A DNA stretch of 64,000 nt from a plasmid: the sequence record NZ_CP118102.1, one strand, 5' to 3'. Numbering within the stretch: the first letter of the stretch is position 1; each line of letters opens with the position of its first letter. The position numbers and the translations under genes are program-made. Positions 49,785-59,780 of this stretch are shown here, in pieces. The notes beneath the pieces were generated by a model. The model was not told the origin of the DNA. It did not search any database and saw nothing but the letters and a program-made list of their open reading frames with translations.

Positions 49785-50633
49785 TTAATAAATTTCATGA
49801 GGAAATTTGCAAATTCTTGATTTAATACGCCTTCTCTCCACATCAATGTTTCTTATTTTCACACTCACTCGTTTTCCAATAAGTGAACCATGAGAGGGAA
49901 GCTTTGGTGGAAACCAAGCAAGAGTCTCAACGCCAGGTGTCAGCTTAACGAAAATCCCAACATTTTCAACGACACGTGTTATTTCCCCGGGATAAAAATT
50001 GCCCACGCCAAAATTCTCTCGGACACGATTCCATGGGTCTTCTAACAACTCTTTACGGGATACTCGTACTTGCTGTTTCTCCCTATCAATTTTCTTGATT
50101 TTAACAGTAAGCGTAGTGCCGAGTGGTACAAGGTTCTTAGCTGAATGCGTCCAATCATATTCATAATCTTGAATGGCTAGCACACATGAAACCCCTTTTA
50201 CTAAAACATACAAACGTTCCTCTTCCCATCCGGAAACTGTTCCTGTAACAACATGTCCTTCTTCAGCAGTCTCCCAAAATTCCTCCTGAAGTTCATCAAT
50301 TGCTTGCACACGAGAAAGCAAGACAATTCCCTTTTCTTCATCAAAGACCTGAAATTGTTCAGGGTCTAGCCCCATTTTCTGTACATCCAAAACCATAAAA
50401 TCAATTCGATGATCAATAAAACCTACAAGAGAACGGAATTTATGTTTATCAAATTGATCCTCATAAATTAACCCTTTAAGACCATTATTTAAATGAACAA
50501 GCACGCACTCCATTTTCTTGCCATGAGGTTCGTGTACCTCTACACCGCTCACTAAACCTTGGTGAATTTGTTTTCGACGTAAAGACGTCCTGTATTCCTG
50601 CATTGGATTTGATGAAAGTGATTGAAAACTCAC
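49785..50633 (-). CDS. Protein with tandem S1-like nucleic-acid-binding domains
   Basis: GHVVTGTVSGWEEERLYVLVKGVSCVLAI and GEITRVVENVGIFVKLTPGVETLAWFP resemble S1/OB folds. Confidence 0.35.
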   Translation of the reverse strand: MSFQSLSSNPMQEYRTSLRRKQIHQGLVSGVEVHEPHGKKMECVLVHLNNGLKGLIYEDQFDKHKFRSLVGFIDHRIDFMVLDVQKMGLDPEQFQVFDEEKGIVLLSRVQAIDELQEEFWETAEEGHVVTGTVSGWEEERLYVLVKGVSCVLAIQDYEYDWTHSAKNLVPLGTTLTVKIKKIDREKQQVRVSRKELLEDPWNRVRENFGVGNFYPGEITRVVENVGIFVKLTPGVETLAWFPPKLPSHGSLIGKRVSVKIRNIDVERRRIKSRICKFPHEIY

Positions 50634-51112
50634 GCTGATTCCTCCTTAACTTTTATGTAAAGTGCGTATTTACGATCTGTCACGAAACGAAAACCAACCA
50701 GATCCAAATCCCTACGTTTTCGATCAATTACTCTAATCGCTTTTCTTTTGAACATCTTATTAATAAATTCCTCTCCAAGCTCCGAGGACCATATTACTTT
50801 GTAATACCCTTTTGTTGGTAAATGTCCGGCTAAGTCAATGCTTATCTGAAGAGCTGAGTCACTAGCATTAATGTCATTATCTTTTTCGTTTAATTCTAAA
50901 TCTTGTGTAGCTGTTAAAATCATTTTGTTTTTACTAGACCATTCAATGAGTAAACTTGGATTTATTCTCTTTATAGCTGTAACGAATGCGTATATAGGCA
51001 CATACTCGTTCATGAGGAGACAGTTGTTATAAAAGTTCTCAAGCCTATCCACATTACAATCAGGATGGGTTAGCACAAACTCCAGTTCTTCAAGTAGATG
51101 TTTATCAATCAA
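50630..51112 (-). CDS. Hypothetical protein
   Basis: 160-aa ORF, translationally coupled to the upstream gene. Confidence 0.3.
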   Translation of the reverse strand: MIDKHLLEELEFVLTHPDCNVDRLENFYNNCLLMNEYVPIYAFVTAIKRINPSLLIEWSSKNKMILTATQDLELNEKDNDINASDSALQISIDLAGHLPTKGYYKVIWSSELGEEFINKMFKRKAIRVIDRKRRDLDLVGFRFVTDRKYALYIKVKEESA

Positions 51113-51216
51113 ACTATTGCTCCTCTCTAAATTTTCTCCTTTCCATGTATTATAATCAATTAGTTAGTTTATATATATATTAATATACAACTATATTTGA
51201 AAAAAATGAAGGGTTA

Positions 51217-51849
51217 TTATTTAACCCTTTTAAGTTGACCTCTTTTTATTGTTTTTGGCAGCAGCTCTGTTGTATCCAACTGCCTTATTTCTAAGTAAGC
51301 ATTACCAAACCGATCGGTAGTTCTCTCGATATAATATTCTTGATCCTCAAACAGTATATACGACTCATCATCGTAGTACTCTCCCTTTCGAATCTCATCT
51401 ATAGCAAATTTAAGTATCTCCTTCGAATGTAGAATACTTGCTGATATCTTAATTTCAGGATGATTGTATACACTTTCAGTTCCAGTCGTCATCAATTTGT
51501 ATGGTTGTTGAGTCAAAGGATTGTTCATAGTAACAATATTAACTTCATCATCATGAGATATTTTTATTTTTGCAAGATTATCTTGTGGAATCATTTCAAA
51601 ACTTAACAACGAACCATTAAAATACCAAGCATGGTTTATGTCAAAATCGAGGGTGTAAATCTTATCCAAGATACCATGAAACAATTCCTCATAATTATTT
51701 ATTGATTCTTCTATATATAGATCTGGGTAACCATAATGTTGGAGTCCGTATGTTCTAACATACTTGATGTTGCCATCTAAGTCAGTCGTCACAACTGGTT
51801 TTATTGAAGGATCAAAAAATTGATGCATATACATCGCATCCCTTCTCAA
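51217..51849 (-). CDS. Hypothetical protein (first gene of the long minus-strand operon)
   Basis: 210-aa ORF preceded by an AT-rich promoter region. Confidence 0.3.
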   Translation of the reverse strand: MRRDAMYMHQFFDPSIKPVVTTDLDGNIKYVRTYGLQHYGYPDLYIEESINNYEELFHGILDKIYTLDFDINHAWYFNGSLLSFEMIPQDNLAKIKISHDDEVNIVTMNNPLTQQPYKLMTTGTESVYNHPEIKISASILHSKEILKFAIDEIRKGEYYDDESYILFEDQEYYIERTTDRFGNAYLEIRQLDTTELLPKTIKRGQLKRVK

Positions 51850-52087
51850 AAGTTTCCGATATAGATTATTATATTACTCTTTTTCAATTCAACAAAATTT
51901 TTTAACCTCCCCCTGTAATTTTTCCTGCAAGTTGGGTAAAATGTACTAGAAAGTAATTAATGAAAACATATTTTAATGCTTTTAAATATGAGTTTTTATG
52001 ATATATATACGCTAATCGATATATGTTATTTACTTATATTGTGTGTTAATATATATGATAGTAACCTGAAAGGCTCGGTGAAATAAT

Positions 52088-52393
52088 ATGACCTTTTCTT
52101 TTGATTTATCGTCAGAGTTAAGAGATTACTTAGAAAAAATGATTACAAATCTGCCAAACGCTCCAAAACTCGTTATGCAATCCCTATCAAAAAAGGATTA
52201 TAACAAGGAAGATTTATCCCTAGAAAGCAGAGTACGTCGTGGTGAACTTAATTACGCAGTTATTTGGATTGAAGCTCTCGGCTTTGTACAATATAATACG
52301 AGTGGTCGCCAAAAACTCTACAGTCTCACACCACTTGGTATCAAAGTTTATGAAGAATTTAATGAATTGTTCCATACTTTGAATGAAGAATAA
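52088..52393 (+). CDS. Small hypothetical protein
   Basis: 101 aa, followed by a strong terminator. Confidence 0.35.
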   Translation: MTFSFDLSSELRDYLEKMITNLPNAPKLVMQSLSKKDYNKEDLSLESRVRRGELNYAVIWIEALGFVQYNTSGRQKLYSLTPLGIKVYEEFNELFHTLNEE

Positions 52394-52395
52394 AA

Positions 52396-52440
52396 AGAGT
52401 AGCATGACGGATTACTCCGTCGCGCTACTCTTTTTTTCCT
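52396..52440. terminator. Bidirectional rho-independent terminator
   Basis: aaaagagtagcatgacggattactccgtcgcgctactcttttttt. Confidence 0.55.
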
Positions 52441-54862
52441 TTCTGGAGATTTGTGCATCGTTCTTGATTTGCTGTGCTAACTTAAGTGCCTTATCATCTA
52501 TACTTGCCGGTTTGAAGGTTACCCCACTAGGAGATACAACACTCTCATTTACCTTCAGCTTCGATTTATCATCATCAATACTTCGAGCCAATGGTTCTGG
52601 GTCATCCCAAATCGAATTTCGGATTATCTCTGGCTCAGTGTCTTCAGTATGGAGTTCAGCCTCAACTTTAGTGGAATGAAGTTCTTTACTAAGTTGTGCG
52701 TTCCTTTTTATTCTTTCCAGTTGATCAATACTATTATCTTTTCTTTTCCCTCCTACATCCCCCCTATTTGGAGATTCCGTATTTAATATCTCCTGGTCTT
52801 CAATAATCTCATCATCTTTTAAAACTTCTTTAAGGGGAGTGAACAGGATCTTCGGCAGCGGATAGATAAGCCCTATTACCGGATCCAGTCTAACATTATT
52901 ATGTACTCCTCTGAATAGACATTCCGCGGGATCCCCAGTTTCAGGATTGTATCCTTTCAGACTAAGTATTTCTTTTGGCATCACAGTATACCTTTTTTCT
53001 TCTTTTATCTGAGTTTTGAAACCAGTAGCAGACATTTCATCAGTCCCACTACTTTGTCCAATTTTGTATTCTTCACCTATCATTTCTGAATAGTACTTAG
53101 CATCATTAGGATCCAAACCAGCCATTATGAATTTCTGAACAGCATTTTGTTTTACCATAGCTCCTAATCTTTTACTCACATCGTCTAATTGTTCATTCCC
53201 TTGATGAATCACATTAACAAACACTTCGAATTCTCTGGCCATTTCCATAAATGTTGAGAATTCTTCATCCGCAAACATTTCCACTTCATCGATAGTTAAT
53301 TGATGTGGGCGTACATTCCCATCCATATTTCTCCGGAATGTGCTCGCCCTTGCAAGGTTCAAAAATAAACGACCAGCAGTGTACGTTAAAGTTTGTAATG
53401 TACCGTAAGCTCCATTAAAAAGAATAATTTCGCCATTCTTCATAGCTTCATCAATGCTAAATGTTGATTTACCACAAAACATCTTTTGAATATATTTGTT
53501 AGACGTCAATTCAGAAAGGTAATCATACAAGTTAGAGTAAGTTTGCATCGCATGCTCCTGCATTTTAGGTGAACCCGCCATATTTCGTGTATATTCAATC
53601 AGCAACGGTACCTGACTTTCTTTTCCAAGAAGTGTAATTTGGTGCAACACTTCAACTCTAAATTCATCATTAATTGGTTGAATCAACTTATCTAACTCAT
53701 TGTAAGTGGCTTCGTTTCCGTAAACTAGTTTTAACGCTTTAACACCTACTCGAAAAAGCTGTGTAGATCGACTTTTAAAGTAAATTTGTGCATCTGGTCC
53801 AAGATAAGCATGAAACGCTGCTACATTCCTCTCGATCATTGGTTCAATATCTTCACTTTCAGGAACATAAAAAGGATTTAAACAATCAGAGTTCTCAACC
53901 AAAGGATCAAGTCTGTAATACTTCCTCCCAATTCGATCCAAAAAATTAGCCATTCGTTTTATCAAACTTCCCTTAGGATCAATAATCGTACTTCCAATGT
54001 AGTCATTCAACAAATCCTGAGTAATCAAGTTAGTTGCGAAAAGAGTTTTACCAGCTCCTGTTCCTGCAATGATTTGACCATGCTGTGCTCTATCTGATCG
54101 ATTAAGCTTCATGAGCTGACTTTGTCTTTCTCTAGTTGGATTCGTGTAAAACAGTTCCAATTCACATAACTCAGAGTAGTATCTTAAATGGCTTAAACAA
54201 CCTGGTGTATTTATATCTATATCCTCTAATTTAACTAGTCCATCTCTAATAAAAGTAGTATTCTCCTCCCCCTCTCCCTCTCCCTCGCTCTCACTAAAAG
54301 TCATTATTGTATTTTTTGACTTACTTTTGTTAGAAGTATTTATTCCCTCAGCTGCCACAGAGAGTTTATTAAAAATTGTAGAATTCGCCCGTATACGCAA
54401 TGTGTAATATAAAGTCAAGATGATTGTAGATACGAATAAAAGAATTGTAATTACAAATCCAATTTTATTGTCTGTAAAATAAATTATCAGTTGGCCTACT
54501 GCTAGCACACTAAGTGCATTCAAAAAAGTCTGAATTACAGGCTTTGCATAATGATTTCTATGTAATGCAGGACATGAATATATCGAGTGTCCTAAAAAGC
54601 AGACTAAAATAATAGGAACTGCTCTAAATACAATCGGATCATCTATTCCGAGTATTACGTCTTGATATTTTGTGACCAACCATAGAAAAATGATAATTAA
54701 TAAAACTAACAATAAAAAAGCTTGAGAATTCCAGATGGTATTCTTATTTACTGGATCAAGAGAAAATCTTCGAACAGCAATATACACATTCTTAAATATA
54801 AATGCTATCATATGACCGATGGCTGAAATTATTCCTCCGATAACCATTCCAATATATTTCAA
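52412..54862 (-). CDS. Type IV secretion coupling protein (VirD4/TraG/TcpA family)
   Basis: N-terminal TM helices, Walker A IIAGTGAGKT, IIDPKGS, and a Walker B-like LTIDEVEMFADEEF. 816 aa with an acidic/lysine-rich C-tail. Confidence 0.7.
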   Translation of the reverse strand: MKYIGMVIGGIISAIGHMIAFIFKNVYIAVRRFSLDPVNKNTIWNSQAFLLLVLLIIIFLWLVTKYQDVILGIDDPIVFRAVPIILVCFLGHSIYSCPALHRNHYAKPVIQTFLNALSVLAVGQLIIYFTDNKIGFVITILLFVSTIILTLYYTLRIRANSTIFNKLSVAAEGINTSNKSKSKNTIMTFSESEGEGEGEENTTFIRDGLVKLEDIDINTPGCLSHLRYYSELCELELFYTNPTRERQSQLMKLNRSDRAQHGQIIAGTGAGKTLFATNLITQDLLNDYIGSTIIDPKGSLIKRMANFLDRIGRKYYRLDPLVENSDCLNPFYVPESEDIEPMIERNVAAFHAYLGPDAQIYFKSRSTQLFRVGVKALKLVYGNEATYNELDKLIQPINDEFRVEVLHQITLLGKESQVPLLIEYTRNMAGSPKMQEHAMQTYSNLYDYLSELTSNKYIQKMFCGKSTFSIDEAMKNGEIILFNGAYGTLQTLTYTAGRLFLNLARASTFRRNMDGNVRPHQLTIDEVEMFADEEFSTFMEMAREFEVFVNVIHQGNEQLDDVSKRLGAMVKQNAVQKFIMAGLDPNDAKYYSEMIGEEYKIGQSSGTDEMSATGFKTQIKEEKRYTVMPKEILSLKGYNPETGDPAECLFRGVHNNVRLDPVIGLIYPLPKILFTPLKEVLKDDEIIEDQEILNTESPNRGDVGGKRKDNSIDQLERIKRNAQLSKELHSTKVEAELHTEDTEPEIIRNSIWDDPEPLARSIDDDKSKLKVNESVVSPSGVTFKPASIDDKALKLAQQIKNDAQISRKEKKSSATE

Positions 54863-55009
54863 AAAGCTGCACCTCTCATATTAGTATATTAGTTAATTAA
54901 TATATTACAATAAAATCCTCTAAAATCTACTACCTATTGAATATTTCTTACTGAACGAAACGGCAATTGAACAGACTTAGATTACAAATATACATTTCTC
55001 CCATGCACA

Positions 55010-55090
55010 TGGAGCCCCCTCCATCTAACTTAAACGTCTCCCACACTCATGTAGACCCCCTCCCACACCGAAAATACCCCCTCCAATTAT
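55010..55090. repeat. CCCCCTCC direct-repeat iterons (3 copies; spacing 41 and 21 bp)
   Basis: Copies at 55015, 55056 and 55077. A related ggggggagggg run occurs at 56341..56354. Confidence 0.5.
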
Positions 55091-55159
55091 GTAGGAGATC
55101 GTCTCCCAGTCCAAAATTATACTCTTACACTTTAACTTGCAACAGTATTTATGGTATAT

Positions 55160-55380
55160 GTATACATCTCTCATAGTATTAGTATCTATCTATCTTATTT
55201 GATATATATATCTCTCTTAGTATGTATATATATCTCTCTCAATGAATTGGAGATATATACATGTGCCTTGTTTGCTCTTCCCGATTCAATGGGAGTCGTA
55301 TATAATTCTATTAAGAGAACCGTATTACATCGGGTAGATACATCTCTCAATCATTTTGGAGAGGGTCTCCAATACGAAGG
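55160..55380. repeat. AT-rich iteron field with ATATCTCTC motifs and inverted copies (ATATCTC...GAGATAT)
   Basis: gtatacatctctc, tatatatctctctt and atatctctctcaatgaattggagatatat, plus catctctcaatcattttggagag. Confidence 0.5.
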
Positions 55381-55390
55381 GAGGGTTATC

Positions 55391-56200
55391 ATGAACGAAA
55401 CTATGTTTGAAAAGGCCTATACAATTAAGGAATTTAGTGATGCTACAGGAGTTCCGCAAAATACTCTCCGTAACTGGGAGGAAAAATTGGGGGAAGCTTT
55501 TGTAGTCCCAAGGGATCCACACGAGAATCGTTACTATACTGAGAGGCATTTAGAATTAATCCGGCTAATTCAGAAATGGCGCGATTCCGAGTATGAGTTG
55601 AGCTTTACCCAGATAAAGCAGATGCTTCTCCATATGAATATGGCAGGGCCTAAAAATGAGATGTATTCAGCTCCAAGTGGGGAAGAAGGGGGCTCCAACT
55701 CACTTGTATCCCTCTCCCAACAGAATTCACAATCCTTACAGCTACAAGAGGTTCAACAACTTGTAGTTAATATGGAAGAGCGTATGCAGCAGTTTTTTGG
55801 TCACCTTGATCAAGTGCTGCAAACACACGCTGAAACTACCCACGCGTTCGTTAGGCAAGAAATTGAGACTCTAAAATCATCTCAATCTAGTAGAGACGAG
55901 AACTTAATTCAGAAAATAGAATCAAAATTCCATGACAAAATTCAAGAAGAACACAGAGAGTTTCTATCTAGCATCAATTCAATGAAAGATGAGTTTAGAT
56001 CTCAGGTTGAGACAACTACAGAAACAAACAAAAGACACTTAGATGACCTTATGGCAAACACTAAGAGCGAGTTCCAACAACAGTTAGAGGACAATATGAA
56101 GAACTGGGCAGTTATCTCCCGAGAAGATTTAGAAAGAGAAGAGAATGCACGTAAGAAAAAGAAAAAAGGATTCTTCGGGTTATTCGGTGGGGGAGAGTAA
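55391..56200 (+). CDS. MerR-like HTH protein with a long coiled coil and a Lys/Gly-rich tail
   Basis: The start is placed at MNETMF with a gaagggaggg RBS, so the upstream part of the track ORF is likely non-coding iterons. YTIKEFSDATGVPQNTLRNWEEKLG is a MerR-type HTH. Confidence 0.5.
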   Translation: MNETMFEKAYTIKEFSDATGVPQNTLRNWEEKLGEAFVVPRDPHENRYYTERHLELIRLIQKWRDSEYELSFTQIKQMLLHMNMAGPKNEMYSAPSGEEGGSNSLVSLSQQNSQSLQLQEVQQLVVNMEERMQQFFGHLDQVLQTHAETTHAFVRQEIETLKSSQSSRDENLIQKIESKFHDKIQEEHREFLSSINSMKDEFRSQVETTTETNKRHLDDLMANTKSEFQQQLEDNMKNWAVISREDLEREENARKKKKKGFFGLFGGGE

Positions 56201-56203
56201 CAA

Positions 56204-56236
56204 AAAAAGCGCTGCTTTACGCGGCGCTTTTTTTGT
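56204..56236. terminator. Rho-independent terminator
   Basis: caaaaaaagcgctgctttacgcggcgcttttttt. Confidence 0.5.
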
Positions 56237-56269
56237 TACTCTTTTCAGTAATAAGAAGGGAAGTACACT

Positions 56270-56315
56270 CAGATTAAATTAACGACGCGTAATGTTACGT
56301 AACGCATCGTTATTA
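56270..56315. repeat. ACG...GCGTAACG-type iteron downstream of tubZ (tubC-like)
   Basis: aacgacgcgtaatgttacgtaacgcatcgttattatt. It is related to three motifs at 58060..58240, including a shared cgttattatt tail. Confidence 0.45.
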
Positions 56316-56355
56316 TTGGATAACAACCCACCCCTATAAAGGGGGGGAGGGGAGC

Positions 56356-57687
56356 CTACAGTAAAAAGTCATCATCATCAGATGATTTAGTCTTTTTGCT
56401 TGTATCTCCAAATAAATCAAACTCACTATTTACCGGTTCCTTTGATGCTGCCACTTCATTTTTTGTGATTGTTTTGAATGCAGACAAATCCAATGTTGTC
56501 TTGTTCTTTCTCTCATTCTTTTTAATTTCTAACTCTTGCTCTTCGCGGTCAATTTCCTCCAACATTTTAACGATTCTATCAGGTAATTGGGAGCATACTA
56601 CACCAGTATAGAGAATTGCTTTATTGGTTTCATTTTCGCTGTGTTTTCCTCGACTAGTAGTTGTTCCCCAGATATTGTTTTCAATCAATCCGGAATGAGG
56701 TTTCTCAGCATTAGCAATAAAGCGGCCAAATCTTTCTTCCAGTGTTCTAAACTCTGAATCAGTTATAATCGGGTTCTTATGCTTAGGATGAATTACTGCA
56801 ACAAATCCATTTACTGCATCCAGTTCGTAGTCATAGTCATTGGCAGTAGGAGATTCTCTGAAGCTCTTTTCAATGATAGAAGTGAGGCTATTTACTTCAA
56901 GAGAGTCATTCTCATGAATATAGCATTTTCCCGACGAATAGTAGCCAGGAGTACTCAGTACATCAAGTAATTCATCTTCGTCAAAAGTCTTGCTAGAAGG
57001 GAGTGAAGTCATAAAAGATATCTCTGTGAGCAATGAAGCGAGAGTACTGTTACCATAGTCAGTCCATTCTAGTTTAGTTTCTGTGTTACTAAAAATCCCT
57101 TCTGTCATCGTGTATAGCTTTTCATTATCAATGATTGTAACTGATCCACAAGCGTTTTTCTTAATCAATTCATCAATATGTGATAAACCCCATCGAGCGT
57201 TCTTTTTGATACCACGTTTTTCCCATGATCCTGGTACTGAGACGATTGCGCCAAATGACGGTTTTCCGTTGAATGGCTTTCTTACTCTGCTTAAGTTACT
57301 TAAGATGATAGGAGCAGCTGCATTACCTGTGCCTCCACCCATACCTGCGATAACAAAAACAAAGTCAGCATCTACAACATCGGGATTGCTTAAAAGAGAG
57401 AGGACCATTTCACGGTTATCTTTAATAGCAGCTTGGCCACGCTCTATATCCTTGACTGCTCCATTGTAACCCTCTAATTTGATAATATTCTGGACAACTT
57501 TGAGGTCCGAAAGGTCTGATTCAGAGGTGTTTAGAGCGTAAACTGTATGTCCTAACCGGGCTAGTTCGTCACCTTGACGTCCACCGAATTGTCCGCAAGC
57601 TATAAAACAAAACTTAAGTTTTTTCTGGTTACCATCAGTCCGACGCATAAAGCCCTCAAGTGTGATAAATCCAAGATTCATTTCCAT
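56356..57687 (-). CDS. tubZ: TubZ-like tubulin/FtsZ-superfamily GTPase (plasmid/phage partition)
   Basis: T1 loop FIACGQFGGRQGDEL (cf. TubZ GAGQKGNKEADL) and the tubulin signature GMGGGTGNAAAP. It lacks FtsZ-like C-terminal features. Confidence 0.65.
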   Translation of the reverse strand: MEMNLGFITLEGFMRRTDGNQKKLKFCFIACGQFGGRQGDELARLGHTVYALNTSESDLSDLKVVQNIIKLEGYNGAVKDIERGQAAIKDNREMVLSLLSNPDVVDADFVFVIAGMGGGTGNAAAPIILSNLSRVRKPFNGKPSFGAIVSVPGSWEKRGIKKNARWGLSHIDELIKKNACGSVTIIDNEKLYTMTEGIFSNTETKLEWTDYGNSTLASLLTEISFMTSLPSSKTFDEDELLDVLSTPGYYSSGKCYIHENDSLEVNSLTSIIEKSFRESPTANDYDYELDAVNGFVAVIHPKHKNPIITDSEFRTLEERFGRFIANAEKPHSGLIENNIWGTTTSRGKHSENETNKAILYTGVVCSQLPDRIVKMLEEIDREEQELEIKKNERKNKTTLDLSAFKTITKNEVAASKEPVNSEFDLFGDTSKKTKSSDDDDFLL

Positions 57688-57709
57688 TAGTTTTACCTCC
57701 TATTATTGT

Positions 57710-58012
57710 TTAAGCCTTACTATCACGTAAGTAAAGAGCTAATTGTTTTCCTCTTATTTCGTCTGGAATATACTTCTTCTGTCTCCGATCGAGTGGGGAG
57801 GGGTCTACATTAACAAAACCATTGGTCTCTAATAGAAGAAGAGCCTTCTCTACTAAATAACGATCCCCAATTTTACTAACCAGAAGTGTCCAGGTAACTC
57901 CTCCTTCAGAACGGTGATTCCAAATCTCAGCAAATACGCTGATCATTTCTTGTGGAATTCTACGAGCTATAAAGTCTAATACTTCTGGAGGGTATTCAAC
58001 GTGACCATTCAA
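57710..58012 (-). CDS. tubR: TubR-like small DNA-binding protein upstream of tubZ
   Basis: 100 aa, immediately upstream and co-oriented with the tubZ-like gene. Size and position match TubR. Confidence 0.4.
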   Translation of the reverse strand: MNGHVEYPPEVLDFIARRIPQEMISVFAEIWNHRSEGGVTWTLLVSKIGDRYLVEKALLLLETNGFVNVDPSPLDRRQKKYIPDEIRGKQLALYLRDSKA

Positions 58013-58059
58013 TTCTCAATCACTCCCTTTCACATAAGATATTACGATTTGAAATAAAC

Positions 58060-58240
58060 TAAAACACACGACGCCTTACGACGCACTAAATATGATTTAA
58101 CAAAAATAATTAACGTTACTTAACGCAGCGTCATTTTATGTAATTTGACACTTTAGCCTTAGAATCCTGCATATTATCTACAATTTTAATAATTTAAAAT
58201 CCAGAATTTCACGTTGCGTAACGTGTCGTTATTATTATTC
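58060..58240. repeat. Cluster of three TTACGTAACG-like motifs upstream of tubR (candidate tubC centromere)
   Basis: cacgacgccttacgacgcac; taacgttacttaacgcagcgtc; cacgttgcgtaacgtgtcgttattatt. Confidence 0.45.
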
Positions 58241-58651
58241 CGCAGGATATTGTTTCCTGTCAAGTTCTTGGAGCCTTAATTTCATTTTTTTTAGTGCTTC
58301 TATGATTAGTTGGAACTAAATCCAGTTCAAAATTTTGGTCTTATTAAGTTCAAACGAAGCTTTTTGAGTAGAGTAATATATTTAGAAAGTTTGCAATTAC
58401 GCTGTTGCTTCCCATTAATAAATTTGGTTACCGTTTATCTTTATAGGAATTTGTTCATCCATTGACTCCTTATTTGTCCATTCATTGATCTTTTTATCTA
58501 TCTGCCTAATTGTTTTTTAATTTCATGATACAAAGCCAATGATTTTGTTATACTTCCTTGTATGGCGTGGGTTCTTAATCATAAAGAATTCCCGACTAAT
58601 ACCCTAAAAGAGGGTGTATCAACCTAAGCCCACTCATGGGTAGCAAAGGAG

Positions 58652-59653
58652 ATGAATGAATTGGCTGACCAAGTGAAGTTTGAACGGATTGATCCAAGTG
58701 AAGAGGGAGGCAAAAAACGAAAGAAGGGAGTTAGCGACTACTCCATAGGCGAAGCGATAGATCTCCTAACAGAGAGGGAGTGGCGTCTATTGATAGACCT
58801 CTACAAGTGTAGATGTATCCCACAAACAGAAGTCGTAGACACGTACTTTATTGATTCACCAGAAATGCATTATGAGGAATATGTAACTGCAGGTAAGGTA
58901 GAAAAAAACAAACTGGAAGAAAAAAATAGGAACAGAGCAGTCTTGAAAGCACGCCGGACATTTAAGCGGTTAAAGGATCGCGGTCTAGTAGAAAGTACTT
59001 CCATCATTCCAGATGCTATTGATTTACCAAGCAAACGAAGGGGGAGAGTTACAGGAGAAACATGGTATTACCTATCTAACAGAGGACTGAGGATAGTTGA
59101 GAAACGATTAGAAATACCTGATGATTCTAAGTTGTCTAAAGTTGAAGTAGACATGGAACGAGCGAAAAAAGACCATTATTGGGAACTCGGAAAGATATAT
59201 CTCGATTTAAGATATCAGTGGATGGCGAGATTTAATGATTTAAGACAATTCATTGATTGGGATTGGTATCCCTCTGAAATAGTGTGGGGAGACAATAGGG
59301 TAAAAGAGGTACGCCCCGATGCAATATTGCGAATTGGAGAACAGCTCTTTTGTATTGAGTTAGATCGATCTACTGAACCAATTCAGAGATCCCCTTTCTA
59401 CACGGAACAGGTTTCCATACAAAAGAAGCTGGAACGGTATAGAGATGTTATAAAAGCTTCTACGAATCCAATAATTCGAAATTCAATCATTGCTTTTGTA
59501 ATTCCAGATGCTGTTTATCGGACAAGGCTTCAAAATATAGGTAATGCTGCCGATAAAGTTTTTGGCAAAAAACATCGAGTGCTGATTGGTCGGAAAATAG
59601 AAGATATTCTTATTGCTTATTCCGATCTTGCAGGCACATCCCACTACAATTAG
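58652..59653 (+). CDS. Replication-relaxation family protein (second paralog)
   Basis: LTEREWRLLIDLYKCRCIPQTEVVDTYF ... RRTFKRLKDRGLVES, the Replic_Relax wHTH pattern. Confidence 0.5.
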   Translation: MNELADQVKFERIDPSEEGGKKRKKGVSDYSIGEAIDLLTEREWRLLIDLYKCRCIPQTEVVDTYFIDSPEMHYEEYVTAGKVEKNKLEEKNRNRAVLKARRTFKRLKDRGLVESTSIIPDAIDLPSKRRGRVTGETWYYLSNRGLRIVEKRLEIPDDSKLSKVEVDMERAKKDHYWELGKIYLDLRYQWMARFNDLRQFIDWDWYPSEIVWGDNRVKEVRPDAILRIGEQLFCIELDRSTEPIQRSPFYTEQVSIQKKLERYRDVIKASTNPIIRNSIIAFVIPDAVYRTRLQNIGNAADKVFGKKHRVLIGRKIEDILIAYSDLAGTSHYN

Positions 59654-59780
59654 AGCGGGAGACCTTTACAATTTGTGCTGAAACCCACTCTAATTGTTGT
59701 ATATTAATATATATACTTGTGTGTTATTATGTTAGTTAGTTAATTGATATATATGTATATATGAAATTGGGGGTGAGTAT

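Noticed and set aside
55151-55390. N-terminal 80 codons of track ORF 55151..56200 (MVYVYISHSISIYLSYLIYISL...)
   Set aside because: The translation is a low-complexity read-through of AT-rich iterons. A strong RBS and MerR HTH begin at 55391.
56356-57687. Possibility that the tubulin-like gene is chromosomal FtsZ
   Set aside because: Its T1 loop (GQxGG) matches TubZ rather than FtsZ (GGGGNN). There is no FtsZ C-terminal peptide. It is paired with a TubR-sized gene and sits inside a conjugation/plasmid module.
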